Assembly (NCBI RefSeq): GCF_006345805.1
Contig: NC_042999.1
Coordinates: forward strand, 145,638,001-145,702,000
DNA: 64,000 bases
Origin: Octopus sinensis
Lineage: Eukaryota
Reading direction: 5' to 3'
Positions within the stretch are counted from its first letter, which is position 1; every line of letters starts with the position of its first letter. The notes beneath the pieces are model-generated. The model made no database searches. It saw only the letters and a program-made list of their open reading frames with translations, and had not been told where the DNA came from. The position numbers and the translations under genes were made by a program. Below, in pieces: positions 1-14,110 of this stretch.

Positions 1-420
1 TACCGTGGTCTTTTTCGTAGGCTTTTCTTCCCACGGATAAACCTTACTTGCTTTCCCCTTTACACCATATATCATAACACTGTGATACACGATCCCTATT
101 GATTGTTTTTTTCCTCTTCCCCTTTTTTCCCCCTTTTTTCTTCTTTTTTCATTTCTCTTTTCTTTTGTTCCTTTTCCCTTTCTTTTTTTTATTTTTCTTT
201 TTTTCTTTTTTCTTTTATTTATTTATTTATTATTTTTTTTGTTCTTTTCTTCCCTTTTACGATCCCTCTTGATCGGAAACCTACGCCACCCCCTTTTTTT
301 TGTTTCTTTTGTTTTTTTGTTTTTTTCATCCCCCAAAAGAAAAGCTCTACCATGTAACTTGTCCCATCTGTGTGCAGCCCTGTGTGGCCAATAAAGAAAC
401 TTATCTATCTATCTATCTAT
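1..420 (+). mobile_element. 3' end of an unclassified non-LTR retroelement with a (TATC)n tail
   Basis: Pyrimidine-rich UTR-like tract ends in CCAATAAAGAAA, followed by tandem TATC at ~403-420. The family assignment is uncertain. Confidence 0.45.
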
Positions 421-640
421 CGCGCTGCCTGGTGAAGCTGCACCAACAGAAGTGCCAACTCCTCTGAGCAGAATAAGATTGCATATGCACAAAGAAAACG
501 CGAAAGAAACAAGTTCAGAGCTAACTTTTCGGTTATAACATGCCTATGTTATAACTTCAGGCCCATGCCATACTTGCCACACCAAATTCTTCCTTATTAG
601 AATGCTGGTTCTCAAGAATTCCCTTTCTTCTCATGTCTTA
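421..640 (+). mobile_element. RTE-clade LINE, decayed C-terminal ORF fragment
   Basis: Translation RAAW*SCTNRSANSSEQNKIAYAQRKRERNK followed by a CxxC-like CHTC resembles the end of RTE/BovB-type ORFs. Confidence 0.5.
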
Positions 641-2001
641 GCAGTTATTGATTTGCAAATTTTCAAGCGAAACATTAATGGTATCAATCGCATATGTGTA
701 GGAGAGACTGGGAAGTCCATGAGCACTGTTCTGACTTCACGAACCAGCAAATGAAAGATAAAAGAAAAAAAAAAGGAAAAAAAAAGCCATTTCTTAAACA
801 GAATCGAGATTTAATTTCTAAACAATGCTCTCTGGTAATGAAAGGACGTCTAGTAATTTTCCATTGACTTATTTCGGTGGATAGAAATATTTCAACTGAA
901 ACTAATGAAACACCTATTTATTACTGGCAGCAATACTTGTCTGTGTTTAATAAATATAATGATATGAATTCACTACATTTCCGATAATTTTCTTAAAAAA
1001 TGATGAAAACAATTTCCAATTTACTGGTAAATGTCGATTTCTTAGGAGCTGAGGACTTAGATAAGTCGAAATATTACTCAAATTGCTCTTCATACAATTG
1101 TGCGAAGAAAATAAATAAAAATATAGAAATTAATATAAAATTTTGCTCGTATATTTTTTCTATTTTCTAAGTAAATAAATTAATCAAATTTTCTTTTCAA
1201 AATGGAGTGTAAATTCAACATTACTCTAAACAAAATATTTTTTCAAATCAGTATTTTTTCCCGGTGTCTGTTGAGTATAGACGATAATTTTAATGGTTAT
1301 GTCGGTTACCAAAAAGAACAAATTTAAGAAACACATAACCGGTGACAGTATCCTTGTAAAGATGTTCTAAATACAAAATTTATATATTTAGATGCAAAAA
1401 CTAACCTAAAACATGAAATATCCGTTCACTTTTATAAAGACACGTTGTGGTTTTAAAATGCCAATATCTATGTAATCATAGATTGATTGGACAGCGATAT
1501 TTTATATCATGTCTAATGAAAGAGGCCCAGCTTTAATGACAGGACATGAATCATTACCTTCGCTTGATTTCTAAAGAGAAGGAGAGAATAAGAAAAACTT
1601 GACGGAAAAGTCAATAATGAATAAACGAACTCATAAACACTTCATACCGCTGAAAAATTATGATCATCAGGCATGAAGATCGAACTGACTGATTACATTG
1701 TGATTTAACAATTAACCAGGACGTTCATATATTTATAAACCTGACTATATTAGTACTCTGGTGCTTAATTTCGTCTGTCAAATTTGTACGACTTAATAAA
1801 TGTGGGACTCTGACCAAGTGTTTAGAATTTTAATAAAAATTCCGTTACCATCCTGCAGTATCTTACGAATTCCGGTAAATTGTTATGTAATAGTAAAACT
1901 GACCGGTTCTATCTAAATTTCAAGCTGCCCAAATTTTTTCGTGGGTCAAATTACACAGTATGTGTGCGTGCGTGCCGATATGAGTCACGTCAACATATCC
2001 A

Positions 2002-2032
2002 ACACACACACACACGCACACACGCACACACG

Positions 2033-2113
<81 letters not shown>

Positions 2114-2130
2114 CACACACACACATGCAC
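2002..2130. repeat. (CA)n microsatellite
   Basis: Long, nearly pure CA run; the source of the HT/VC ORFs at 1880-2248. Confidence 0.98.
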
Positions 2131-2464
2131 ACAATTACATTCGAAAAAAGATCAGCTGCAAAAAATATTAATGCTTCCCATAAAATATGGAATAGATTTA
2201 AGATTCGATAAATCAACTGAAAATAGAAGAACGATTAATGATGAGTAAGGAAACATCTTTTTTTTTTAGATCTAACCTAGGAATAACAGAGCACATTGTG
2301 AGTACCGAATAAGAGAAACCGAAGATCATTAATTTACCAAAGAAATGCAGTGTAGAAGTGCATGTTTGGTTCTATATATATACATACGTATATGTGTATC
2401 TGTGTGCGCGCACATACATACATACATACATACATACATACATACATACATACATACATACATG

Positions 2465-2695
2465 TTTCTTTATTACCCATAAGGGGCTAAACACAGAGGG
2501 GACAAACAAGGACAGACAAAGGGATTAAGTCGATTACATTGACCCCAGTGCGTAACTGGTACTTTATTTATCGACCCCGAAAGGATGAAAGGCAAAGTCA
2601 ACCTCGGTGGAATTTGAACTCAGAACGTAACGACAGACGAAATACTGCTAGGCATTTTGCCCGGCGTGCTAACGATTCTGCCAGCTCGCCGCCTT
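2465..2695 (-). mobile_element. tRNA-derived SINE, family A (octopus-type)
   Basis: Reverse complement begins AAGGCGGCGAGCTGGCAGAATCGTTAGCACGCCGGGC...GAGTTCAAATTCCACCGAGG and closely matches the copy at 62074-62294. Confidence 0.85.
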
Positions 2696-2872
2696 TGTAT
2701 ATATATCTATATACATAGATATATATACATACATATGTGTACTTATATATGTACACACATATGTATATGTGTGTATTTGTGTGTGAGTGTATGCGCGCGT
2801 GTGAGTAGACGTGTGTGTGTGTCTGCGTTTGCATGTTTGTGAATGTATATACAAAGAGAAAGAGAGAGCGAG

Positions 2873-2919
<47 letters not shown>

Positions 2920-3000
2920 GAGAGCGAGCGAGAGAGAGCGAGCGAGAGAGAGAGAGAGAGGTGGTGATGGTGGTAGAGAGAAATAGAAAGAGAGGGTCAA

Positions 3001-3130
3001 GGCGCGCAGAGCCGTGGTTAGGGCTTTTTGCTCACAGTCATAATTTTGTGTGTTCAATTCCTGCACTGGGTGGCACGCCATATTCGTGAGCAAGGCACTT
3101 AATTTCACGTTGCTGTAGTTTATATAACAG
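3001..3130 (+). mobile_element. tRNA-derived SINE, family C, degenerate 5' part
   Basis: Head GGCGCG...GTGGTTAGGG...TGTTCAATTCC and body GAGCAAGGCACTTAATTTCACGTTGCT, the reverse-complement homologue of 24575-24868. Confidence 0.6.
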
Positions 3131-3300
3131 AAGATGTATTCCTGTTAAGTGCTGGTACTGATCTACCTCCCTTCAACTACCACTTAATGCATGTGCCGCT
3201 GAGATAAAGTCTAGAAGAGTCAAGAGTGGTACATATTGCCAATGTATACTCATTCTCGGATGATGGCTGGCTATAAATATACCTACCTACCTAAAGATAT

Positions 3301-3363
<63 letters not shown>

Positions 3364-3364
<1 letters not shown>

Positions 3365-3507
3365 GGCTGTGTGGTAAGTAACTTACTTATCAACCACGTG
3401 GTTCAGGGTTCAGTCCCACTGCCTGGCACCTTGAGCAAGTGTTTTCTACTATAGCTTCAGGCCGACCAAACCCGAATGAATTTGGTAGACGGAAACTGAA
3501 AGAATCG

Positions 3508-3555
<48 letters not shown>

Positions 3556-3589
3556 TATATAATTATATATATATGTGTGTGTGTTGTGG

Positions 3590-3641
<52 letters not shown>

Positions 3642-3868
3642 CGCGCGTGTGTATATGTGTAATTATGCTTGTGTGTCTATATTTGCCACCTACCATCGCT
3701 TGACATCCGATGCTGTTGTGTTTATGTTCCTGTAACGGCCAAAGAGAACGATAGAATAAGCACTAGGTTAACAAAGAATGAGTCCCGGGGTCGATTTGTT
3801 CGGCTAAAGCCGGTGCTCCAGCAAGGTCACAGTCAAATGACTGAAACAAATAAAAGAATAAAAGAATA
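3364..3868 (+). mobile_element. tRNA-derived SINE, family B, with an internal (TA)n/(TG)n tract
   Basis: A box TGGCTGTGTGGT, B box GGTTCAGTCC and body GGTAGACGGAAACTGAAAGAA; shared with 14419-14870 and 55263-55666. Confidence 0.85.
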
Positions 3869-3889
3869 TCTAGAGCAAGTAATCAGTAG

Positions 3890-4093
3890 TGAGTTCGATT
3901 CCGGGACCAGGCTGTGTATTGTGGTCTTGGTGACGTCACTGCTGCCAAGCTGTATCGGCCTTTGCATTTCCCTTGGACAACATGTGTGGCTTGGAGAGGG
4001 AGTGCTGGTATGCATGGGCGACTGCTGGTCTTCCGTGCCTCGGAGAGAAACATTCTAGGTACAATCCCAAGGCCATTCATAAGAAGGGGTTCG
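3890..4093 (+). mobile_element. Probable SINE of a further family, partial
   Basis: B-box-like GAGTTCGATTCCGGG followed by a GC-rich non-coding body. The call rests on motif resemblance. Confidence 0.5.
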
Positions 4094-4327
4094 ATATAAG
4101 TAGTGAAATAAATGCCGTTAGTTAGGCAAGACGATAACAAGAGATAAAAGAAATAATTCGGAATATGGCAAAACAAAATAAAATGAAATAAAATAAAAAG
4201 AAAGGAAATTTTCGATAAGAGGCTTACTAATATAAAAGTACATACTTAAGTAGACATATAGATAAATAAATACATAAAAAATAGAAAGATAGAGAGATAG
4301 CTATCCAGATAGAAAGATATATGGATT

Positions 4328-4380
<53 letters not shown>

Positions 4381-4385
4381 GTAGG

Positions 4386-4458
<73 letters not shown>
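4328..4458. repeat. (GATA)n microsatellite
   Basis: Tandem GATA with a short GGTA interruption. Confidence 0.98.
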
Positions 4459-5434
4459 CGGACATATAGCCTGGAGCGAGCTTTGTTGCTGGGTGTTGTA
4501 GCTTACTTCGTGAGTGTTTTAAATCAAAATTCTTCGTGTTTCGCAATAGTGACTAATGCCGATCAATGCTCATGGAAGCAGTAAACGTGTTTCCATTGTG
4601 CTTCCATGCGGCTAAGGTTGGCGATATTTCCCTAAAGAAGTGTACCTCTCTAATCATGAGGTTGACGGCATCCATCACCCTCATTAATGAAAAACAAATC
4701 CCCTTTACAATGTTAGTGGTGTTGCAATACGGGGTGGGTGGCATGGGCTTGTAGAAAGGTTTCTTAACCTTATGTTAAAGATGCATCCGTGTATGTTTCA
4801 ATGCGTGTTTGGTGTGCATGTGTGCATGCCTTTGCTTGTGTATGTGGCTAGAAAAAAATGTTCTTCCGCTAAAAGGCATTAGTACAGTTATATTTTATCC
4901 GTAATTACGTGTTTTAAAGCGTGAGGTTTATACGACGCTGAGTCAGAAAATGATGCAATTTTCACTCGGTGAAATGTTTTAAGAGATTGTTACAGTTAAC
5001 TCTATACTGCCTAAATTTTCTTACAGAATGCTGTGATTATAGATACTTGTGAAGACGACTAAGAAAACAGCATTTGATTCTGCTTTCAAAGCATTTAAAA
5101 TATCAAGAAACCTTATGTAGAAACTGTATTACCATAGTCTCTCATATAATGAAAGCGAAGCTCGTTAGGATTTAGGAGATCGTTGCTCTCTATTAAATCT
5201 ATTGTTCTCGATCTCATCACCATTTAAAATCCTTTGATATGAGAGTTAAGTGATATTGAATTGTACTTTACCTTCTCTAAGAGACCTATTTGTGAAAATT
5301 AAGAAAGAATAATCGGATATAAAATATTCGCTTACATAACAAGCAGCCGGTAAATTTTCTCTTGAGGTTATCGAGAAGGAAGACAGGTGGGACATTTACT
5401 CAATAACTTGTTGATGCTGTTCTGTGTTGTGTCC

Positions 5435-5483
<49 letters not shown>

Positions 5484-5489
5484 TATGCC

Positions 5490-5885
5490 TTTAACCTTTT
5501 TCCTGCTACAGTCATTGGGTTGCAGCCATGCGGGAGCATCACTTCGAAGGGTTTTAGTCGAATAAATCGACCCTAGTACATTTTAAGTCTTTTATTTATT
5601 CAAACGCTTACTTCAGTTTTTATTCTATCGTTTACTTTGCGCAACAAAGCATCATCGGATATCAGGTGGTGGTGGTGGCGGTGAAGACAAACACAAACAC
5701 ACACACACACAACAAACACACGTACACACACATCTATATACGACAGTTTTCCACACAGTTTATGTCTATCAAATTCACTCATAAGCCTGGGTCGGTCTGC
5801 GGCCATAGTAGAAGACGCTGAAATATAGGCGATGTGGGACTGAACTCGAAAGTACTTAGTTGCAAAGCGAGGTTTTTAACCACAC
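5490..5885 (-). mobile_element. SINE family B, degenerate, reverse orientation
   Basis: Contains reverse-complement matches to family B motifs (ATAGTAGAAGAC, GTGGGACTGAAC, TTTAACCACAC). Confidence 0.7.
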
Positions 5886-6011
5886 ACTCACATACATGTA
5901 TGTATGTATATACACACACATGTATGTATATATATATACATACACATACGTATGTATGTACATAGACACACACATGTATGTATATGTACATACACACACA
6001 CATGTATGTAC

Positions 6012-6330
6012 ATGTGATTCGAAAATTTTATTATTAGCCGATAATCTAGAAATTCTTGTAGAAATATTCTTAACTAGTCCCCGTATAATCGAGATTGGAT
6101 GGTTGGATGCTACGTTAATGTACTTATATGACAATGTTCTTATATGATAATTTGGCTTATGAAATGGTTCAAATAGTCCAGTATCAAGACAGAAGGTAGC
6201 GTCAAGAAAATTCACACTACGATAATCTTCACCCATAGCAATGTTTAGTCCTAAACTTTTGAAAAGTCTAAAGAAATTTTTCCTATGCCTTTCTCACTGT
6301 ACTTTGCTACTATTGTCCAGAAAAAAAAGG
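6012..6330 (-). mobile_element. Penelope-like element, reverse transcriptase C-terminal fragment
   Basis: RKNFFRLFKSLGLNIAMGEDYRSVNFLDATFCLDTGLFEPFHKPN...YINVASNHPISIIRGLVKNISTRISRLS. The NFLD, KP and Y....SNHP motifs are typical of PLE RT. Confidence 0.85.
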
Positions 6331-6756
6331 GTCACCCTATATAGACCCCACCCCCCGTGTTACTTAAATTAATACTTTCAGCCAAGTGCAACACTTTGCC
6401 AAAAAGGAAAATTATAATTGTCACTAAATATATGACTAGGGTGTTTGAACACCTACATTGCTAGAAATAAGAGTTAGAACTCTAATACTGTAGTTAAAGC
6501 ACATAATTGTATACTCGACCGTTGCATTCGGGCGATTACAGTCCCTCTTGGTACATATGTATATAATTATGTGCTTTAAGTACAACGTTAGAGCATTTTA
6601 GCTCTTATTTCTAGTCAAATTTAGTGATAATTATATAAATGATAATATATGAATTATAATTCTAAAGCAATTTTAAGAATAATATTTGTCATTCACTGTT
6701 GCTGTCACTCTGTATTGATAGAGTAAATATATTGTGAAGATCAAATAAACTGGAAC

Positions 6757-6758
<2 letters not shown>

Positions 6759-6845
<87 letters not shown>

Positions 6846-6853
6846 ACACACAC
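6759..6853. repeat. (CA)n microsatellite
   Basis: Nearly pure CA run. Confidence 0.98.
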
Positions 6854-7017
6854 AAAATATACAAAAACATATCTATATCTCGATCAAACTGCCCAACTCC
6901 CCCCTCTCTCTCTCAAGAAGTGTGCGTGTGGATGTCTTAGTGTGTTTGTGTGTATTTGTTTCTCTGTTCGGGTTTGTATGGGTGTACATGATTGCTTGTA
7001 TATATGTATGTATATAT

Positions 7018-7052
<35 letters not shown>

Positions 7053-8269
7053 TTTATATATTAATTGTATGTATATATATATATATATATATGCATATAT
7101 ATATATACAAACACACACATTTATATACTATACATATTGTATACACACACGCACTTTTATATATGTGTGTATCTGTGTATTCTCGTCCACAGAGATACTT
7201 ACTGAACATTCTCAGGTTTCAAGAAGGAAAAGCAATTATCTTACTAAGAGTGAAAAAGTGTAAGGCGCTGACGTTAGGTTAATTGAAACTCTGAACTGGG
7301 CATAAGTTACTGGGAACATTATACCCTATGAAACAATGAAAATGACTGTTCTATACTTTTGTTTTGGTGTCTACTGATATAGCATAATGAATAAACATAT
7401 AAATATATAAAATATAGTTATATATACACGAATACATAGACAATATATATAGGAGCACCATCGTTTCTCCGGTTTCGTTAGTTTTGAAGCCTTGACGGAT
7501 TAACCTTTGCCGGAGTATTCTTGGTTACACAATAATAGTTTATCAACAGAGTTCCAATCTTCCAACCATTTACTAATTACTAATTATGTACCGAAACACT
7601 TCGATCCATGTTTTTCAACAGTTCTACGGTATCTTGGATTGCTGTGAATTGATATTTATTTTGCAAAATACTGACGCTATCAGTTCTAATGTCAGCAGTA
7701 ACCATAATTAAGAGTAACTTTAAACTAACTAAACACGGAATCTTGAAATTTCTCTATCGGCATTAACAAGTAATAATGTATCGGTGTTTACAAATAAATA
7801 ATGTACGCACACAAGCGATATACACAACGCCACCTGTGACCGCACAGTGAACTAGACTGATTATCATGAGCACTTTAAGTGCATCCTCGTATGTCCGGAG
7901 AAAAGAAGTGTCCGACAATAAGCTGTTTATATAAGGCTGACAAGGTGACTTAGGTTCTTTAACCCTCGGCGACGAAGTAATGGGTGACTGAGAAAGAATG
8001 ATTAAATATGAAATCAGCGGTGATATAACTGCATCTCGTTTGTCGTTGGGAGGCAGCCTGTTTCCCTTGTCAGTCGTTAGAATAGTGTTCTCACGTGGCT
8101 AAGTGTTGTTTTGATTTTCTATTTCTAGCAATGTTGGCGCTTCCTAGCACACTCCGTCACTTTAATGGCATCTGTGCTTGTTGCACAGATGTAACTGCGG
8201 TATATTTGCCTTTAGCAGTTGAAATATGTAACAAACATATTTCAACTAACCTAAATTCTGCTGATATAT

Positions 8270-8292
8270 ATATACATACATACATACATACA

Positions 8293-8343
<51 letters not shown>

Positions 8344-8455
8344 CCTACCTACCTACCTACCTACCTACCTACGTACATACATACATACATACATACATAC
8401 ATACATACATACATACATACATACATACATACATACATACATACATACATACATG
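8270..8455. repeat. (TACA)n/(TACC)n compound microsatellite
   Basis: Tandem tetranucleotides read directly from the sequence. Confidence 0.97.
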
Positions 8456-8650
8456 ATCTTTCACTTCTTTCCGTAACTGGACTTCGGTTCTGCAGGGCAT
8501 CACCTTGAAGTGTTTTAGCTGGATAGATCAACACCAATACTTATCATTTCAAAGTTTGCTACATATTTGATCGCTTTAGTCGACCCGTCGCCAAGTTAAG
8601 GCTACGTAATACATCCATCCATTCATCCATCTAAATACACAGGTACATAC

Positions 8651-8681
<31 letters not shown>

Positions 8682-9995
8682 CAGCAGCGCGCACACAATC
8701 GCACGCAGCTCAGACATGCACACATACATACGCATAAATGATTATATATTTATCGAAGTGTTTTTGTGTAGGTTACAACTCAGTAAATTATTGTTGTCTT
8801 AATCCATTTCCTTACCTCTTCAATGGTAAAAATGAATGTATAAGAAAACAATTACAATTAGATAAATATTAACACGAACAGAAATTGACATGCAAAGCAA
8901 AATCGAGTAAGGGGCTCTTTTTTGGAAGCAATAAATACCGACATAAGAGTAAGTGTATGAGAGAATTAAAAAAGAGGAAGAGAAAGAAAAATGTACAGGG
9001 TCGATATTTCGGGGTATAGAGTTGGGAAAATATTCAGAGGATATAGTTCAGCCAAATATGCTATAGAATAGAGTAAACTAATATAACTGCCTATAATGCT
9101 TTGGCTGTCAGCTATTTGGAAATGAAAGCGATGATGGACGAGCGGTGAAGAAAATTGTTAACGATAATTTTGAAAGAATTACGTATTTGGGTAATGGTTT
9201 GTAGCAGCAAAAAATATAACGCTTATCAAAATTAAAGATCGTAGAATAAACAATGGCAAAACGGTTTTTATGAAATAGTAAAAAAAAAATTAATATTTAT
9301 GAAGGAGAGAAGCGTAATTTATAGAATAATAGAGTCAAAATTATTTAGTGTCTGATAGAAAAAACTGTTGGATAAAAATTTACCAGTCAATTGCAGACAA
9401 TTTATTTTGCTCCACGTTTTAGTCAGGAGAGAAGGTAGAGTTTCACCACACTTAACAGGACCTCTGTAACTGGTTAGAGGAGGAAGGTATCCCAATAACG
9501 AAGACCAGGCTCGAAATTTGTAACTGAGTGTGCTTCATTAAAGACATTCATGTGCTATGTGTGAGTGTTGAACTGGCGACAGATCGATTTTGCCATCGAA
9601 TTAGACCATAGTTGGATTTTAACTCGGAATGCAAAGAGACGGAACAAATACCGCAAAAAATTTGTACAGCTCTGATAAACTTTCGCTCTTTGTGGGTACA
9701 TTTTTCTGTTTTCGATCCTGAAAGATAAAAGGCAAATATGACCCCTGTGAAATTTGTTAGAGCGCAGAGTGTCAGAACAAATTTACCAGGCATTCAGTCA
9801 AGGGCCTAACGATCTAAATATTCTGCCAATCAGACATATATGTTGTGAGAGCAAGACCATTATACTATGCTATTCCTTTTAACTAGGTTATCACAAATAG
9901 TCTATGCATGATTTGGTTGCTTCACATGAATGCAAGATAATATAATATGTTACGGACTTTTGATACGACACCATAATCATGTGTTTTCCTTCAAC

Positions 9996-11065
9996 TATTA
10001 GGCTTAAAAACATGTTTAAATGCTTTAAAATGGTCGTCAGTGGGTGAAAGATCAGGAGAATATGGAGGATGTGGTAACGTCTCGTATCCCAAGTCTGTGA
10101 CTTTCTGTAGCTTTATTCTTGCAACATGTGGCTTTGCATTATCGTGGAACAGAGTTGGGTCACGCCAATTCACCAATGCAGGTCTCATATTTTGTAAGTG
10201 AGCATGTATTTCAGCAAGCTGATTACAATAAACCTCTGCTATAAACCTCTGATTGGCTTCCAGAAAGCTGTAAGGGACAACACCACTCGCAGACCACCAG
10301 GTAGTCACCATAAACTTTTGCTGATGCAACTTTGGCTTTGGGAAATGTTTCGGGGACTCATCAGGATCATGACATTGACCTGATCGTTTACGGTTATCAT
10401 AAAGGGTCCACTTTTCCTTACAAGTGACAATTCGGTCAAGAAAATGATAATTGGTGTTTCGCAGAAAGAGCATCGAGCACACTTCAAACGCCGAACATTT
10501 TAATTTTTATTGAGCTCATGCAGTACCCCTTTATTGAACTTTTTCACCTTACCAATCTTCTGCAGATTGCGTGAGACCATTGCAATACCGGTACCAAGTG
10601 CCTGAGACATTTCTCCGATGCTTTGACGAGGGTTATGTATCGGTGTTTACATACAATGCTTTCAATTGTTCATTGTCAAGAGTGCATGACCGTCCTCTAC
10701 TTTCTCCACCTTTAATGCTCTCATCATCACTACGGAATGTTTGAAATCTCCTTCATAGTGTGCGATCATTTGTGGATCCCTCTTCCTATGCTCTGTTGAT
10801 ATTGGCAGCAGTTTGGGAGGCATTGTGTCCAAGCTTGAAGACATGCAAGAAAAGTAAGCGAAGGTCCTTGTTTGTCATGTTCATAATTAAGGGCACCTAT
10901 GCTTGAAGAATGTTTTCTGTCTGAAATAAGTAGAAAATTATTAAAGAACATATATCGATTATTAAGTATGTCGAAATTCACCAAAATGAAATTAAAATAC
11001 TATGATAAAATTGCGTTTCAAAACACAACACTTAGAGTGGTCATTATTTTCAGAACAACCTAATA
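9996..11065 (-). mobile_element. Mariner (DD34D) DNA transposon copy A, decayed; 5' TIR present, 3' end internally deleted
   Basis: Start MTNKDLRLLFLHVFKLGHNASQTAANIN at 10878; DRIVTC.EKW, HDNAKPH and HPPYSPDLSPTD motifs. TIR TTATTTTCAGAACAACCTAATA lies at ~11044-11065; only TATTAGG remains at 9996-10002. Confidence 0.92.
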
Positions 11066-11668
11066 ATTTAACTGTAAACCCATGTTAGTCGAATTACCTT
11101 ATATTTAACTTTAAAAACAAAAAAAAATAAAAATAAACAAAAAACAAAAAAACACGTAGCATACCTGTTTTCCAGAAATTGTCACAATGACCAGACAGCA
11201 TTTATGCGACGACAATATTAGCAACTCATGAAATAAATTTATAGAGAATTTAACTGCTTTGTATTTTATTAAATGACTCTTCAATATCAAAGTTACCCAT
11301 TTTACTTTATTGATACAAACGTCCGAAATGTTTTGGAGAACCTTAGTATCTCCTTTATACTTTTACTACAAGAAATGTACGTGGCCCAGTATTCGGGGTG
11401 GCTTCTATTCTTGAACTGGATAGCATGTTTGCCTTTGATCAAATTAAATAATCTCGCGTTTCGCTAGGCTACTGAAATTGCGTACTGGCTGACTGCTGCT
11501 GCAGTTCCCTCTCTCTCCAGCTGCCACATCGTCGATGTTTCACTAGGTGAAGAGTCACAGAGGTGAGAGAGTGTCTATGTCTGCTCGCAATTACATAAGT
11601 ACCTGAAACAATTAGCAAAAGCTTCGTAGTAGCTACAAAAATTAAGCGCTTGCGAGGGATGGCAAGGC

Positions 11669-11704
<36 letters not shown>

Positions 11705-12803
11705 TTTTTTAGCCTCTAGTAAAGTTTTTAGGCTAGGCTCACATTCAATTATATAGCATGTTATTACATCACTATATCTAGAAACAGTTAGGCTTTCTAA
11801 ACTCTGGTACAACCATTAGTTCTGTGTGAATAGTTCTTCGAGTTCTTGTATACATAAGATTGTTCTATAAGGATATATGCATTTTTATGTTAAAAATTTT
11901 GTATCCATTAAGGTATACGCTTGTCTTTAGCAAGACATTATTTGGCATCCGGTGCTGAGTCTTCAACTAAGGTGTTCCGGAATATGGATTTGCCTCTTAG
12001 TTACCACTAGGTGCAGGTCCTCTTTGGTCTTCGCTGCTAGTACTTGCTAGGACCCAAATTCTGGGTCAAACAGAAACGTACTATGGCATGTGGGACTGGG
12101 AGGATGATTGATATTTAGACATGTGTCATACAAGCCGTCTGAAGTGTGGACATGCTTTAATATCGAGGTAATTAGTCCACCCTGTACCTCAAGGGTAAGC
12201 AATAAGCTTGGGAAAATAGGAAACTAGTACAATAAATTAAATATAAATCGACCAAAGGCAACGTAAAATCACTGCTATATTTTCCCAAGAACAATAACGC
12301 CTCTTCAGACTTTCTTATGGACGTTCACGGCAGCCGACACCAGTAGTCATGTCACTAAAGAGAGAAAAGGGCGAGTGAGCTAGAGAGAGAGAGAGAAAGA
12401 AGAGGGAAGAGAGAGAAAGAGAAAGAGAAAGAGAGTAGTGTGTGTGTTTCTCTGTGTGTGCGCGCGCGTGACTGTAAAGATATTAGCTGATCTTTGATAT
12501 ACATGGGTTTTTTCCTACTTTGTTTATTACTTATGAGTAATAAAACAAATCAATTCATCAACTGGGAGCGCGTAAAATCGTTACGTATTTCCATTCAGGA
12601 TTCTGTAACACGAAATTCTAAATTAAAATTATATTGGAATTCCGTAACGTAAACAAATTCACTATAGCCTCTTAATAGCATTGATTTCCTCTGAACGTTT
12701 CTTTGGCCTTTAGCCATACCGTGACATTCGAATTGCAAGAGTATTTTTTTTCCTTTTCCAATGCTCGAGGTCATTTTTTGTTAATATTCAGTAGTTTATT
12801 AAA

Positions 12804-13000
12804 GTGGCCAGCAGGTAGCGTCGTCATTGCGCAGAGCAAACGGGTAAGCAACATTTCGTTTCTCTTTTTGCTTTCAGTTCAAATTCCACAGAAGTCAACT
12901 TTGCTATTCATCCTTTTGGGGTCGATAAAATAAATACCAGTTGATCACTAGAATCAGCGTAATCGACTTACTCGCTTCGCGAAATTGTTGGTCTTGTGGG
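12804..13000 (+). mobile_element. SINE family A, degenerate
   Basis: GTTCAAATTCCAC..AAGTCAACTTTGC..TTCATCCTTTTGGGGTCGATAAAA matches the family A body. Confidence 0.7.
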
Positions 13001-13809
13001 AACATTTGAAAGTAGTTTATTGTTCTCAGTATGACTAGCTGTGTAATAAAGTACTCCACACAAATTTCTCTCATACTGAATATTTTAGTTAAATTTAATT
13101 ATCACAAAACTTGCGGTGACTACTCCTTAAATCTGTAGCATTCGGATTACTCTTGTCAAATGTAATACTTACATTTTCACATAGTTTTAAATTGATTGTA
13201 ACTTTGGGATTTTGATTATGTTACTGCATGTTGTGGGGTAGGTGTGAGATGCCAGAACTGACTGGTTTGAACATAAAACAGAATATTTTGGTATGATATG
13301 GCCAGTTTAAGTGCTAAATGGTTAATTGTTAATGATATCCTTCTTGTGTTGTAGAAAAAACTTTCATCGTAACCCTACAGCTTTCTCAATCAGACAGGGA
13401 ATGATTTTATTTTATTTTTGTTAACTGGGTTTTTTCAATTTTATGAGCATTTATGCAATCACATTAGTATTTGCGTAAATGGTTAAGCTATTCTTTCATC
13501 TAGGTTAATTTGATAATATTCCCTATCTTTACTTGATTGGTGTTAATCAGTGTTTATTTTTACCCACCGCAAATAAATCGTTACTTTATAATAATATTCT
13601 TTAAAATCCGATTAACATTATATTTTTTAAAGTCTACTATTTTTCTTCACAGAGAGTTGATAATTTATTCATGCAGACTGTTATTATTTGAATTTCCCGA
13701 GGTTTCACTTGGGAGAATGCACCGGCTGCAATGCACAGAAGACAGAATGACATACTCACACACAGAAAGAATCCCGCATCTCTCATCCTCGCACTACCAC
13801 TCTCTCTCT

Positions 13810-13814
13810 ATGTG

Positions 13815-13876
<62 letters not shown>

Positions 13877-13889
13877 TATATATACATAC

Positions 13890-13924
<35 letters not shown>

Positions 13925-14046
13925 CATACATATATATATATATATACATACATATATATATATATATACATACATACATATTTATATATATACATATATA
14001 CACATATATATATGTATATAAAAATGTGTGTGTGTATGAGTATGTA

Positions 14047-14085
<39 letters not shown>

Positions 14086-14110
14086 ACACAATATATATAA
14101 ATATATATAT
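13810..14110. repeat. (TA)n/(TACA)n degenerate microsatellite
   Basis: About 300 bp of TA-based repeats; the source of the YI-rich ORFs. Confidence 0.95.

Noticed and set aside
7193-7260. Candidate upstream ALK exon (ccacag|AGATACTT...EILTEHSQVSRRKSNYLTK)
   Set aside because: The best donor (gtaagg) gives phase 2, incompatible with the phase-1 acceptor at 17175, and there is no ALK similarity.
11521-11562. 42-nt micro-exon candidate (ctctctccag| ... CAGAG|gtgaga)
   Set aside because: The stop-free frame read from this candidate is phase 2-2, which does not fit the downstream phase-1 junction; no homology.
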